Source: Dendrobates tinctorius (lineage: Eukaryota). From it: a stretch of DNA of 64,000 nt. The notes below the pieces were generated by a model. The model saw only the letters and a program-made list of their open reading frames with translations, searched no databases and was not told where the DNA came from. The number at the start of each line of letters is the position of its first letter. Position 1 is the stretch's first letter. The position numbers were made by a program, and so were the translations under genes. The stretch is from contig NW_027361959.1 in the NCBI RefSeq assembly GCF_039654945.1, positions 4,464,001 to 4,528,000 on the forward strand, given 5' to 3'. Of this stretch, positions 49,619 through 61,434 are shown in pieces.

Positions 49619-50519
49619 CTCTAGCCAGACCCTGGCGCTAGTATTATGTTAGAATTGGAAGACACTAAATAATAAATAAATCAAGTGCCTTCGCCACCCG
49701 GGGTCCACCGTGCGGTGGATGGAAAAACCGCTGCTAGAGGCAGAGCACAAGGCGGTAATGTGCACAAGGGTTAGACAGCACCCAGTGCACAAAAGCAAGC
49801 TCTATTATACTCACAGAGCTGCAGGCTAATAAACTTAAATTAGCCGCTGAGTCTGTTCAGAGTCACAGACACACAGCGATATAGTCGCGGTATTCGCGGT
49901 CACAGGAGTAGCCTTAAACAGCAGGACTACTTCGTCTAGACCTACCGTCAACCAAGGTGCGAAGCATCGCAACCGCGGACGCAAAGTAAAGCTGCAACTG
50001 CAGCGCTGCAGCCACTGGCAAGGCGCTGCAATAACGCTGGCGCAATGCAGACGCTTAGCTGCTGAGCAAGATGGAGCATATGCACGCTGGCGCTGCTACT
50101 GGCAGGAACCCAAACACTCACACAAACGTATTATCAGAGGGAAGGGGTTTCTTAATAAGTCAGTCACCAGTCCAAGCATCCATCACCATACATACAGCAG
50201 CAAGTATGAAATACTAGCACATGGCGGAACAGCCATGCGCGCTTTTTATACCTAATGGGACCTTCCGGAAATCTCCAAGACTCCAGGAAGAGCCAATAGG
50301 ATTAGACACAGGACCTGAGCATGTGACTCCCGAACTCCAATGGGAGCTCGTCCCATGAGCATGCTCAGTGGAGGGAACAGAGGACTTAGCCTCTGGAGAG
50401 AGTTGCCGCAAGGCACTCTCCTCTGCAATCTCCTCTACAGCAGATGAAACGCAGGAGACTGCAGCATGTAAGGGTCTAGATCTCACCATAGGGGAGAAAT
50501 CAGACTCCTAACAGTAATC

Positions 50520-51470
50520 CAACAAGCAGATGTACGGAACTGTATCAGAAGTGTACAGCTGTATGTTTTTTGTGTAACTAACAATCTCCGTATATGTATT
50601 TACGGAGTTTCACACACACACGCTGACTCTGTATAGATGTGACTTGTAATGCCAACGGCAGATATACAATTCTGTTTGAGAATCGGACAGCTCTATACGG
50701 TGTGTGTATGGAAAATTGTCAATCTCCGTCTATTTTTATACGGACTGACACACGCTGTCTCTGTCTAGTTTTACCGTAATCAAACAGCAGATATACCAAA
50801 CTGTTTGAAAAGCGGACAGTTGTCTAAGGTGTAGGTCTGGAAAAATGGAAAATCCCCTTGGCTTGTTTTTCCAGAGTCACACACAGATAGCTTCTACTTG
50901 TCCGTGATACCAGCCGGCACACGGTAGTGTGTGAGGAGCGTACACCGCTATACGGTGTGTGTATGGAAAATTGTCAGTCTCCGTCTATTTGTATATGGAC
51001 TGACACACGCTGTCTCTGTCTAGTTTTGACCGTCATCAAACAGCAGATATACCAAACTGTTTGAAAAGCGGACAGCCCTATAAGGTGTAGGTCTGGAAAA
51101 ATGGAAAATCTCCTCGGCTTGTTTTTTCAGAGTCACACCCAGATAGCTTCTACTTGTCCGTGATACCAGCCAGTACACGGTAGTGTGAGGAGCGTACACC
51201 GCTATACGGTGTATGAAAAATTGTCAATCTCCGTCTATTTGTATACGGACTGACACACGCTGTCTCTGTCTAGTTTTGACCGTTTTTAAACAGCAGATAT
51301 ACGAAACGGTTTGAAAAACGGACAGCTCTATAAGGTGTAGGTCTGGAAAAATGGAAAATCTCCTCTGCTTGTTTTTCCAGAGTCACACCCAGATTGCTTC
51401 TATTTGTCCGTGATACCATCCAGTACACGGTAGTGTGTGAGGAGCGTACACCGCTATACGGTGTGTGAAA
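50520..51470. repeat. ~250-bp tandem repeat (3-4 copies) inside the hAT; related units at 41245-42080
   Basis: CACACGCTGTCTCTGTCTAGTTTT recurs at ~50749, 51004 and 51254. Confidence 0.85.
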
Positions 51471-53248
51471 AAATGAACGCTCAGTACTCACCAGAACAAA
51501 ATAATAAAAGTTGGAGTGCTTTGAAAAAAGCAGTTTGATCAGCAGTGTGCACACACCAATGCAGCTATCAGGTAGACTTAAAAGGCAGCCTAATCACCAC
51601 CAGCGCTGCTGCGCACAACAAAAATCCTCCCCTTTCACTGCACACTAAATGTACAGTGAAAAGCGCTATCAGCAGAAGCAATTTTTTTTTCTTCATTCCT
51701 GCCTAACGCTTTCCCTATTCAGAATCAGCAGCAGCAGCACCTCTCCCTATTCTAAGATCGGCAGAAGATGGCGGTCGGTGGTCACGGCCTTTTATACCCA
51801 CTGTGACGCCACACAAAGCCAGCCAATCACTTCAATGCCCTTCTCTAAGATGGTGGTGGCCGCTGTGCATGTCATCGCGTTGCCCACAGTGTGCGTCCTC
51901 CATCACTGGCTGAGAAAAGGCGCTGGAAGCATTTTTTGAAACGCGACTTTGGCGCTCGGCGACCTCATGGCCGACCTCATGCTATGGTCGGGTTTTGATC
52001 GGCGACACCCGACTTTAGCGAAAGTTGGCTATTTTTGAATTTGACCGACCTGTTTCGCTCAACTCTATTCTTGACCCCTTTGGTTGATGCCTGGTTTACA
52101 TCCACAAGATCTCCTTTCACTGGAAGTCATTTCTTGATCACATCATTCTCAGTATACACCGATCCAAGAGAACACCCCACAAAGTTGGCTCCCCAGCCAC
52201 CCGGCTTCCTGCTTGATTGACAGGGACTGTGCACTCCTGACAGTTCAGATCAAACCAGCCGCATCATTGCACCACCGGCCAACACTGTGTGCTTTACTAT
52301 GAAACCAGCAGCGGAGGAGAGCAAAGGCACTGAAACGTTCCGGAACTAGGTCGGCCACTGCTAGTCGATTACAAAGGTGGCCAGTAACATAGGCAATGAG
52401 TAGAAAAGGAGGTCTTGTTATGGCTAAGTGCACACGTTACAGAAAATTTCTGCTCAAAAACCTGAATCCCTTTCCAGAAACCGCACCTATTTTTCCGCGG
52501 CGTTTTTTGCGCGGTTTTGATGCGTTTTTTTCTGCAGCGGTTTCAAACCGCATGGAAGAAGCCAAAACCGCGGAAAAATCCGCAAAATTATGAGTTACCC
52601 GGAGTGCGCTGGGCGGTCTCTGTTCCATCACAGAGATGCTGAGGCGATAAATACAACGACTGAACCTGTTGACGTCACAGGACTCAGCGGAGTGTACACA
52701 TGGTATATGGTCACAGGACTTGGGGCTAAGACACACGGTCCGCGTCCCTCTAGACCTACCGTGCATGCTGTGTCGCAACCGCCAAGAAACACTGCTGACA
52801 GCAGCGCGGCGACAGACCCTGCCGCTATACGATAGTGCCCGGTAGCAGGCACACTGTCCGACGCTAGCACTGTGGAGGATGTGTTTAGTGGCCTGTAGCT
52901 TACCACTGACTGGTGCAGACTCTAAGGCTGGAGTCACACTAACCTGCGCAAAATACGCTCCGTATTTTACATGCGTAATACGGATCAATGACCACTAAAT
53001 AGTGGTCCGTAGGTCATCCGTAAGCAAGGTGAGGTCGCGTATTTTGCGCATGTGTGTCTCCGTATGCAATCCGTATGGCGAGATTTTCTCGCAGCCTTGC
53101 AAAATGGACATTTAACGGTTTTGAGGCCTGCAAACAATTTAAATCATTAGCCTGCACCCTATTTAGACACTCAGAAACAGGTGGCTGCCTACATTCTGTA
53201 CATTTCTCACCTTGCTTTCACGAGGTGTGTTGGTGTTCTTTGTGCAGC

Positions 53249-54765
53249 ATGTCAGAGGGTCTGACATTCAATACAACCGAGCAGGTTCTCTTTACCTGGC
53301 TTTTGTCACGGCGCTTTGGCCAACCATATCCTGTGATAGTGGATCCGCGGAGGAGGAGACGCATGTGGGTACATCCACTTTTGAGGCAACGACTCACAAG
53401 AGGGCATTTTCACCGCCTCTATTCGTCTCTGCGGGAGCATCCGGAAAAATTTTACCAGTACTGTCGAATGAGCATTTCCACATTTGATCGCCTCTTGGAG
53501 ACAGTGCGCCCTGGGATCACATTTCAGGACACTAGGATGCGCCAAGCCATATCTGCAGAGGAGCGACTTCTACTCACAATACGGTATGTACTCCACAACC
53601 ACATTCTATATGTTCATAATGTGTGTGTTAATTTATGTTTTTTGGCCTTCTTGGACAATGTTTAATACCCTCATCTTACTCAAAATATGTTTCACCTGAC
53701 ACAGCACAATGTTACATCTAATATGTACTGCATATCACTTAGTCATTGTGCCACCAAATATGTGTGTGTTGTTCTCTCTCATTTCCTACCAAGTTTGGTC
53801 GGCATGTAACTGATTTTTTTTTACTTTAGCCATTCTAACCTGGACTATTTCTGTTGTTCTACAGCTTCCTGTCCACTGGCCTGTCTTATGCCGCCCTCCA
53901 CCATGAGTTTCTCATTGGAAAGTCCACCATTTCAGGCATAGTGAGGTCTACATGTGCACAAATCTGGACAAGACTCCATCAGGTGGTCCTACCCGAGCCC
54001 AGGATGGAAGACTGGTTAAGGATTTCAAGGGACTTTGAGGAGGACTGCCAGTTTCCAAATTGTATTGGGGCCCTGGATGGCAAACATATCAGGGTGCGTA
54101 AGCCGCCGAACTCAGGGTCCCAATTCTTCAATTATAAGCAATACTTTTCTGTTGTATTGTTGGCTCTGGTAGACCCTCAATACAAGTTTATAATTGTGGA
54201 CATTGGGGCCTATGGAAGGACGGGAGACTCTAGAGTCTTCAATACTTCCATAATGGGTCGGCGGCTACGCACCAACCAGTTGGATCTACCACCACCATGC
54301 CAGCTACCAGGCTCCCCCGAACAATCAGTCCCTTATGTCCTTGTGGCAGATGAGGCCTTTCAGTTATCACGTAATGTCATGAGGCCATATCCCCGGCGCA
54401 ACCTTGACCACAGGCGCAGAATTTTTAACTTGCGCCTATCACGTGCTAGGCGACTGGTGGAGTGTTCCTTTGGGATTCTTTGTGCCAAATGGCGGGTACT
54501 CCAGTCTGCCATTCAGTTGAGTGAGCAAAATGTGAATGAAGTTGTCAAAGCCTGTGTTGTTCTGCATAACTTCACCAGGATATATGATTGTTCCTCCTCT
54601 GCTGGTGTTGTGCGTAGGCCGGACAATGTGCGCAGGGTGAGACCACCTATCATCCCTCAACGTAGACCGCTCTCTGGCCTCAAAGTGCGTGATATATTCA
54701 CTAATTACTTTATCTCACCTGAGGGGGCTACTTCTTGGCAAGAGAATGCTGTGTCTATGTTCTAA
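53249..54765 (+). CDS. Harbinger transposase, intact; exons 53249-53583 + 53865-54765, 411 aa
   Basis: Splice restores LTIRFLSTG; FPNCIGALDGKH, VADEAF, RARRLVECSFG, CVVLHNF; no stops. Confidence 0.92.
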
Positions 54766-55688
54766 TTTTTTTGGGTTCAAAGTGTGTCTAAATATATATT
54801 ACTCAAGCCTTTTTATGATTCTATGAGTGTTTCTTTGCATTGGTTGGTGTCTGTTAGTATGTTGTGAGGGATCGTGAGAAATCACACAGAGACGTTAACT
54901 AGAGTAGACAAATTTTTAGTTTTGCCTTGTTTTTTTGGTTTTGATTAAAGGCAAACATAATTTTGCCATAACATAAATTTGGCAATGGCCAAAATGACCC
55001 TTTGGGCCTTCGTTAACTTGATGTAACATTAACATAACAGAAAAAAACTGCAACAAACATTATGCAATAACAACATTGCTGCATGCCTACATTAACCTGG
55101 ATTAGGCAACAAAGGGTGAGCTCCATCACCAAAATAAAGTCAATAAGATAACACTCACATTTCCTCATAATGTTTTCCAAACATAGAAAGATTCCACCAT
55201 GACAGGCAAGGCTACCTCACATCTTTCACACAGATATTACCTGTCTGTAGAACAGACAATATTTAAGCATGCTATACTGGAAAGGATGAAAATACAAAAC
55301 TCACTTGTTAAGACATAGAGAGAGCGTGATATTGTGAATGCTGTTCGCCTCAAATTGGTTTACTAGAGAATGCTAATAACAAAGTTGACTACTTAACTAA
55401 AGGCAAGCACACCTTTCCTATGCATTAACAAGTGATTAGTGTATTTTCATCCTTTCAGGTAACAGTATAGCGCATTTAAATATTCTCTTTTATACACACA
55501 TGTAATATGTGTGAAAGGCGTGAGGTAGCGTTGCCTGTCATGATGGATTGTTTCATATGTTTGGAAAACATTGTTTACAAATGTGAGTGTTAAATTATGT
55601 TCTAAATGTTGGTGAAGGAGAACACCTGTTTTTTTCTCTAGATTAGAAGCACCAGTTACATGTCACTGGACATCTCCAAAGTTTGGAT

Positions 55689-57453
55689 TCATAAATCCTC
55701 ATATGTAGGGGAAGGGGAACGGGGAGGAACAGCCTGTGGGTGCTGCTGGACATTGTGGCCAACATCGCCCTGTGTGGGGCCATACTGTTGCCCATGATGC
55801 TGTTGTTGTCCAGCCTCCTGGGCCTGTTGGTGATACTGCCCAGAGTAATAATGATGATGGTGAGGGGCTTCTTGTTGGCTATGGTAGGCCCGTGGCTCAT
55901 ACCCACCAAGATAGCCAGATCGTCCCCAACCAGGTTGGGACCAGCCTCCAACACTGGGTGGGTACAAGTGGCCATATTGGTGGGGTTGGCTTGATGAAGA
56001 CATTTGGGGCTGCGGAATAGAAGGATGGGTAGGGGGAGGAAGGGGTTGAGGTGTTGGCCCACGTATTAGGGGCTGTTCAGACCCTGCTTGAGCAAGCATC
56101 TGTGTGGATGGTCTCATGCGCATTAAATTTCTTGGTGAGAGCTGCCACCTCTCCAGAAATTCAAACACCTCATATGGGGTATTGGGGGGGGTGCTTGCAT
56201 CAAGCAGGATCTGAATACACCCCCTAATACGGAGCCTGACCTCACGGGTAAGGGCACGGAGATAAAGGGTGAGGCTACGTGCATAGGCCTCCTCACCATC
56301 ATCTGTAGTGACTCTGGACAAGTAAGTCAGCACCCCAGTGTCCACATTGGTCCTGCTCTCTTGAATGGCGACCTGGCGCCTTCTTCTTATTCGCCGTGTT
56401 GCTAGAGCAGCCTGTGGGGAGGGCCTGATCTGGGCAGTTGGGCTGCTGCTCAAGTTGCCCATCTCTTCCAGGATGGGTGAGGTTGCAGCTGCAGACCGTC
56501 CTGGTGGTGTGTTGTGTCGGGCAGCCATTGTGTGCTCTTGTGATGCCTCCTCTTCAGACATCCTTCTTGTAGGGGGAGAAGATGGGCCAGCCACCTCATC
56601 CCCTACAGGATCAATAACGGGCTCTGCCTCTGAGGCCGTTCCTCGATCCGTAAGGTTGGATTGAGTTCTGTTATGAAATAGAACAGAGGCAAAAATACAT
56701 CAATATTTTTGTCCCTGTAAAGTATTTGTGTAATGTTTTTGTGTCATGTGGTGTGAGGTATGTACTTACGGTCTCAGAGCCAGAATTGGGGCGAGGAAGT
56801 TCAGCCGGTCATAATATATATATTTCCGCTTGACATGGCCAGCATCCCCACTCCTGGACCGCTGCTGGCGTTCCCGGCGGTATTGGTCCCGGATGCTTCT
56901 CCACCGTTTCATCACATCTTCCACTGCAATGTGACAGGAAAGATTGTCAAAATCACATATTGGAGAGGTCACATTTTCAAACAGTAGTCTAGGCATGGGG
57001 CCTTATGGGGTGTGCGTTCTACCCATGGTGGAATATGTAATTGGGCCGATACCCAGGGTCTCATTAGCTCCCCTGAAACTAATTTTTGTGGCTAGGAGGA
57101 TGAGGAGCTTGTGGCCTAACCCCTAATTATGGCTGTGTGAAGCCACGTGTCACATCCTAATGTAACGGCCTCATAAGGCTAAAATTACATGCCCAGGAAG
57201 GGGGGGCTGATTGTAGAGTCATTTTATAGCGCGCGCTAACGTTAATAATATTTTTATGGTTGCACTTACGAATTTTCTGCTGCTCCTCACGTGGTCTGTC
57301 ACCGAAGTCATGGTACATCTGGCGACAGATGCGCCTCCATGACGCCTCCTTTCTTGTGCGGTTCGCATAGTTTGCGTCGCGTGGGCCCCATATTTCTGGA
57401 CGCTCCTGCACCAGCACAATTAGCATCTCCACATTTATGTAAGTGGATGCCAT
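55689..57453 (-). CDS. Harbinger MADF protein, intact; exons 57453-57270, 56923-56770, 56667-55689, 438 aa
   Basis: LIVLVQERPEIW...KEASWRRIC; KRWRSIRDQYRRE...YIYYDRLNFL; BESS-like YARSLTLYLRAL; P/Q/H-rich tail; GT-AG phases 1 and 2 consistent. Confidence 0.88.
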
Positions 57454-58554
57454 GCTGCTGCTGTACTCCGTGGAGGCGTACTTCCTGGATGTCTGGAGCG
57501 CTTTTTGAGCTCATTTGCATGTCTACGCTTCCTGATGATGGATTGGCCCATTTCCTGTTCACCAGCCAAAAGACCTGCGTATTGCTCGCAGGTCACACGT
57601 GTGTTCAGTGTGTAATCTGTATTTTTTGCGCACCCATTGACTTGCATTGGCGTGCTACGGGTGTAGTACGCTGACAATCGCAGCATGCTGCGAGTGGCAC
57701 GGAGCGGAGGATACGGAGGAGAAATATACGCCTGGTGCGAGTGACCCCATAGAGAATCATTGGTCCGTGTCTAATGCGTGCTTTTTGCGCCTCTCACGCA
57801 CCCGTATTCCTCGCCAGTGTGACTCCGGCCTAACTCTAGTTCCCTATCCACACACGTAATATCAGAGGGAGGGGAATCTTAATGAGTCATTTGCAAGTCC
57901 ATACATCCATCATCATTCACACGCAACTAGAGTCTATACTAGCGCATGGCCGTGGTTCTGGCAGCACCAGTCTCCTGTTAGGAAATTCACGCGGTTGGGT
58001 TCCCTTTAATGGTAGAAGTTTGGAAATTGAGTATTTTATGCATATGAGAAAAATCCGCATTCATCACTGAAGATAAAAGCTGAAAATGGACCAAATCTCT
58101 GATGTGTCCTGTGCTCCAGATATCTGCTCCAGAACAGGATGCGGCACATTGTCAGCACCTGCAGACGTCTCTGAGGACACGGCGCTCCACGGGCTTCAGG
58201 TATTAGGCCGCGTTCACACAGTCAGTATTTTACCTCAGTATTTGTAAGACAAAACCAGGAAAGAAACAGAGGAAAAGCAGTCGCGCAGTCTTTTTCCTGA
58301 GTTTTTGGAGCAGACACTGAGCAGGAACACCAACTCAGTGGTTCTGCCTGAGGCGGAATAGGGGTTTCTGCCCCTCAGATGCCCTGCCCACAGAGACAGC
58401 ACAGGCTGATCATGTATTGTACTCTTATGGCAGATTCCCGCTCATTTCCGACTTTCAGTACAGGGATTATGTCGCGGATTTTTAACGCAGATTTCACTGT
58501 GCTCAGGACGCGAAAGAATGACGACTACCGACCACGTGCACCTACAGCTGAGAA

Positions 58555-58620
58555 GACGCCGCGTGACGTCACGCTAGTGGGCGGAGACAAGGTGCAGCAC
58601 TGACGCCACTTCCCCTCCCA
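58555..58620 (+). promoter_or_regulatory. Putative chchd1 proximal promoter (CRE, GC box, CRE half-site, ETS)
   Basis: GCGTGACGTCACGC (58561-58574), GGGCGG (58579-58584), TGACGCCA (58601-58608), CACTTCC (58607-58613), all within 90 bp of the ATG. Confidence 0.6.
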
Positions 58621-58647
58621 GAGTGCCTTGCGCTGCCCTTGATGGTC

Positions 58648-58783
58648 ATGGCGTCTCAAGGCAACTTGCTGAATGAGAAGGTGGCCAGGCTGGTGAGCCG
58701 GCGGTATGGGAAGCCTGTGCTGGAGCCTCGGCTGCCTCTGGCGCTGGCTGACAGAGTGGCCAACCGGAGGTATAAGCTTGGAG
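58648..58783 (+). CDS. chchd1: CHCHD1 (mitoribosomal mS37) coding exon 1
   Basis: MASQGNLLNEKVARLVSRRYGKPVLEPRLPLALADRVANRRYKLG resembles human KPVLKPNKPLILANRV; donor G|gtaggt; synteny with FUT11. Confidence 0.92.
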
Positions 58784-58947
58784 GTAGGTGGAGAAGGGTC
58801 TTTTCCGCCTCCTTCCATCACAGAAACACTGCACATTGCCAATTACCACTGTGTGGCCACAGCGCCCCTGCAGGGGGAACTCCACTTTCCCAGAACAGCC
58901 AATTACTTGAGATGGTGCAAATCGACTCGCTGGAGCTGAACCTGTGG

Positions 58948-60095
58948 CCCCTGAGCCACCTCTTACCTGACCACATATGTGATGAGTCAGTGGTCGCAGA
59001 CGAGACCCCCTGAGCCACCTCTTACCTGACCACATATGTGATGAGTCAGTGGTCGCAGACGAGACCCCTGAGCCACCTCTTACCCGACCACATATGTGAT
59101 GAGTCAGTGGTCGCAGACGAGACCCCCTGAGCCACCTCTTACCTGACCACATATGTGATGAGTCAGTGGTCGCAGACGAGACCCCCTGAGCCACCTCTTA
59201 CCCGACCACATATGTGATGAGTCAGTGGTCGCAGAGGAGACCCCTGAGCCACCTCTTACCCGACCACATATGTGATGAGTCAGTGGTCGCAGACGAGACC
59301 CCCTGAGCCACCTCTTACCCGACCACATATGTGATGAGTCAGTGGTCGCAGACGAGACCCCCTGAGCCACCTCTTTCCCGACCACATATGTGATGAGTCA
59401 GTGGTCGCAGAGGAGACCCCTGAGCCACCTCTTACCCGACCACATATGTGATGAGTCAGTGGTCGCAGACGAGACCCCCTGAGCCACCTCTTACCCGACC
59501 ACATATGTGATGAGTCAGTGGTCGCAGACGAGACCCCCTGAGCCACCTCTTACCCGACCACATATGTGATGAGTCAGTGGTCGCAGAGGAGACCCCTGAG
59601 CCACCTCTTACCCGACCACATATGTGATGAGTCAGTGGTCGCAGACGAGACCCCCTGAGCCACCTCTTACCCGACCACATATGTGATGAGTCAGTGGTCG
59701 CAGAGGAGACCCCTGAGCCACCTCTTACCCGACCACATATGTGATGAGTCAGTGGTCGCAGAGGAGACCCCTGAGCCACCTCTTACCCGACCACATATGT
59801 GATGAGTCAGTGGTCGCAGACGAGACCCCCCTGAGCCACCTCTTACCCGACCACATATGTGATGAGTCAGTGGTCGCAGACGAGACCCCCTGAGCCACCT
59901 CTTACCCGACCACATATGTGATGAGTCAGTGGTCGCAGAGGAGACCCCTGAGCCACCTCTTACCCGACCACATATGTGATGAGTCAGTGGTCGCAGACGA
60001 GACCCCCTGAGCCACCTCTTACCCGACCACATATGTGATGAGTCAGTGGTCGCAGAGGAGACCCCTGAGCCACCTCTTACCCGACCACATATGTG
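58948..60095. repeat. 58-60-bp minisatellite, 19 full copies plus one partial, in chchd1 intron 1
   Basis: Unit CCCCTGAGCCACCTCTTACCCGACCACATATGTGATGAGTCAGTGGTCGCAGA(C/G)GAGA(C). Confidence 0.97.
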
Positions 60096-61315
60096 CCGAG
60101 CTGGCCAGACATGAAGCCACATGTACATTGAGCCGTAACGATGACACCGGGCTGAACAAGTCGGTGGTGCAGTCAGGGAAAGTTTTTGGAGCCCCCATTC
60201 AATGAGCCCAGCTGGTCCGGTGACTCCATTCCCACCATGTATACTAATCCGTCTAGTACAGCAAGGATCACGCAAAGTGTCCAGTCAGGAATCTGATGTC
60301 TGGGAGACGGTCCTGTGTGGCGCCATTCAGGCCATGTGCACACAGTGCGTATCTGCCATGATTTACCGCCGTGGTTCTTTAGTATCATCCGCAGCCATTA
60401 CAGGTGCAGCACGGGGGATGTGATCTCTCTCACAGACTGGAAGAGGAATCTGCTACCGAAATTGTCGGGTGGTGCAGATTCGTATCCCCGTATGTCAGTG
60501 TATGTAGCAGAGTTCACTCTTTGCAATGTACAGTGTGAAAGGTCTGACAACGCCAGATATCCACCACAGAGTCTGTGCGATTGTGGATCACTCACTGCTG
60601 ACTCCTGTGTGTAGTTGTCATCTCCTCAAAGTGAACAAATTGCCCAGAAAGAAAAATTCACCTCAAACCTGTGGCAAAATCTGCAATGAATCCACTGTAA
60701 AATTCTCCTGTGATGTTGTTTCATGTGAATGTCCTGTGCATAAGGCCTGGGATGTAATTAATGTGGAATTTCAAATTTAAATGAAAAAAAAACCCTCTTG
60801 AACGTGGACCTTCTCTTTTAAAGGGTTAAAGCCATTATAATAAAAACCACGGTCTGATGTGTTTGTAATCTTATTCTTTTCATTTCTAGTTATAAATGGG
60901 GTTTCCACACAGCTGCTACTCAGCCTCCTCCGATCCAGTGCCTGCTTTCCACTGCTACACCGCTGTGCTTACTGGCTGCAGTGGTCATAAGCACAGTGCA
61001 CGCCGGCACCGCTGCAGCCTGTCACTGAGCTTCTGGTTTCAGTAATTGGCTGCAGTGATTACATGCCCTAAATTCACAATGTCACTGCTGCCACCAGGGA
61101 ACAGACTGGCATAGCAGTGAAGAGCCAGTGCTGGAGCAGGGGAGGGCGAGTATCGGCTCCGGTTGTGATCTTAGAGGTAACAAGCCTTTGCCGGGATGAA
61201 AGTTTGTTGTGGAAAACTTCTTTAATACACTATTGACATTATAATTTTCTGTCTCTTATTCTTCACTATTCATAATATTGTTTACAGCATCATAGTTTAT
61301 CGTCCTCTTTTCCAG

Positions 61316-61434
61316 AGGCAACGTGCATCACTGAAATGTCTGTACTAATGGCCTGCTGGAAAGAAAATGCCTTCAGTGACTCCGCATGTTCCACGGCAAT
61401 CAAGGTTTTCTATGATTGTGTCGCACGAGAACAG
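61316..61434 (+). CDS. chchd1: CHCHD1 coding exon 2 (twin CX9C)
   Basis: (E)[39 protein letters not shown]; ttccag| and |gtatgt; phase matches exon 1. Confidence 0.96.

Larger units (their letters stand above)
46723..50513 (-). mobile_element. Non-autonomous Ty3/Gypsy (Sushi/chromovirus-like) LTR retrotransposon
   Basis: TG...CA LTRs 46723-47599 and 49647-50513; 5-bp TSD GTAAT; PPT at ~47602-47630; gag from 49618; integrase Zn-finger remnant YWWP...CTSC at ~47850-47990; no RT. Confidence 0.93.
28192..52067 (-). mobile_element. Large hAT DNA transposon (23.9 kb including nested inserts; ~8 kb native)
   Basis: TIRs TAGAGATGAGCGA / TCGCTCAACTCTA; perfect 8-bp TSD TTCTTGAC (28184-28191 / 52068-52075); internal hAT transposase; shared internal repeats on both sides of each insert. 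Confidence 0.93.
52926..57830. mobile_element. Complete two-gene PIF/Harbinger transposon (4905 bp)
   Basis: TAA|GGCTGGAGTCACACT ... AGTGTGACTCCGGCC|TAA; convergent transposase and MADF genes. Confidence 0.95.

Noticed and set aside
53249-54765. Domesticated HARBI1
   Set aside because: Enclosed by TIRs/TSD and paired with a MADF gene; the same applies to 35793-37038.
58975-59010. Hammerhead-like motif in each minisatellite unit (GTGATGA-GTC...GAC-GAGAC)
   Set aside because: Two essential core positions deviate (C3>G, GAAA>GAGA) and I cannot form stem III with an NUH site; probably coincidental.
58948-60095. CRISPR-like array
   Set aside because: Units are contiguous with no unique spacers, there are no cas genes, and it lies in a vertebrate intron.
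58646-60275. Repetitive minus-strand ORFs
   Set aside because: Translations of a stop-poor tandem repeat, shifting frame with unit length.
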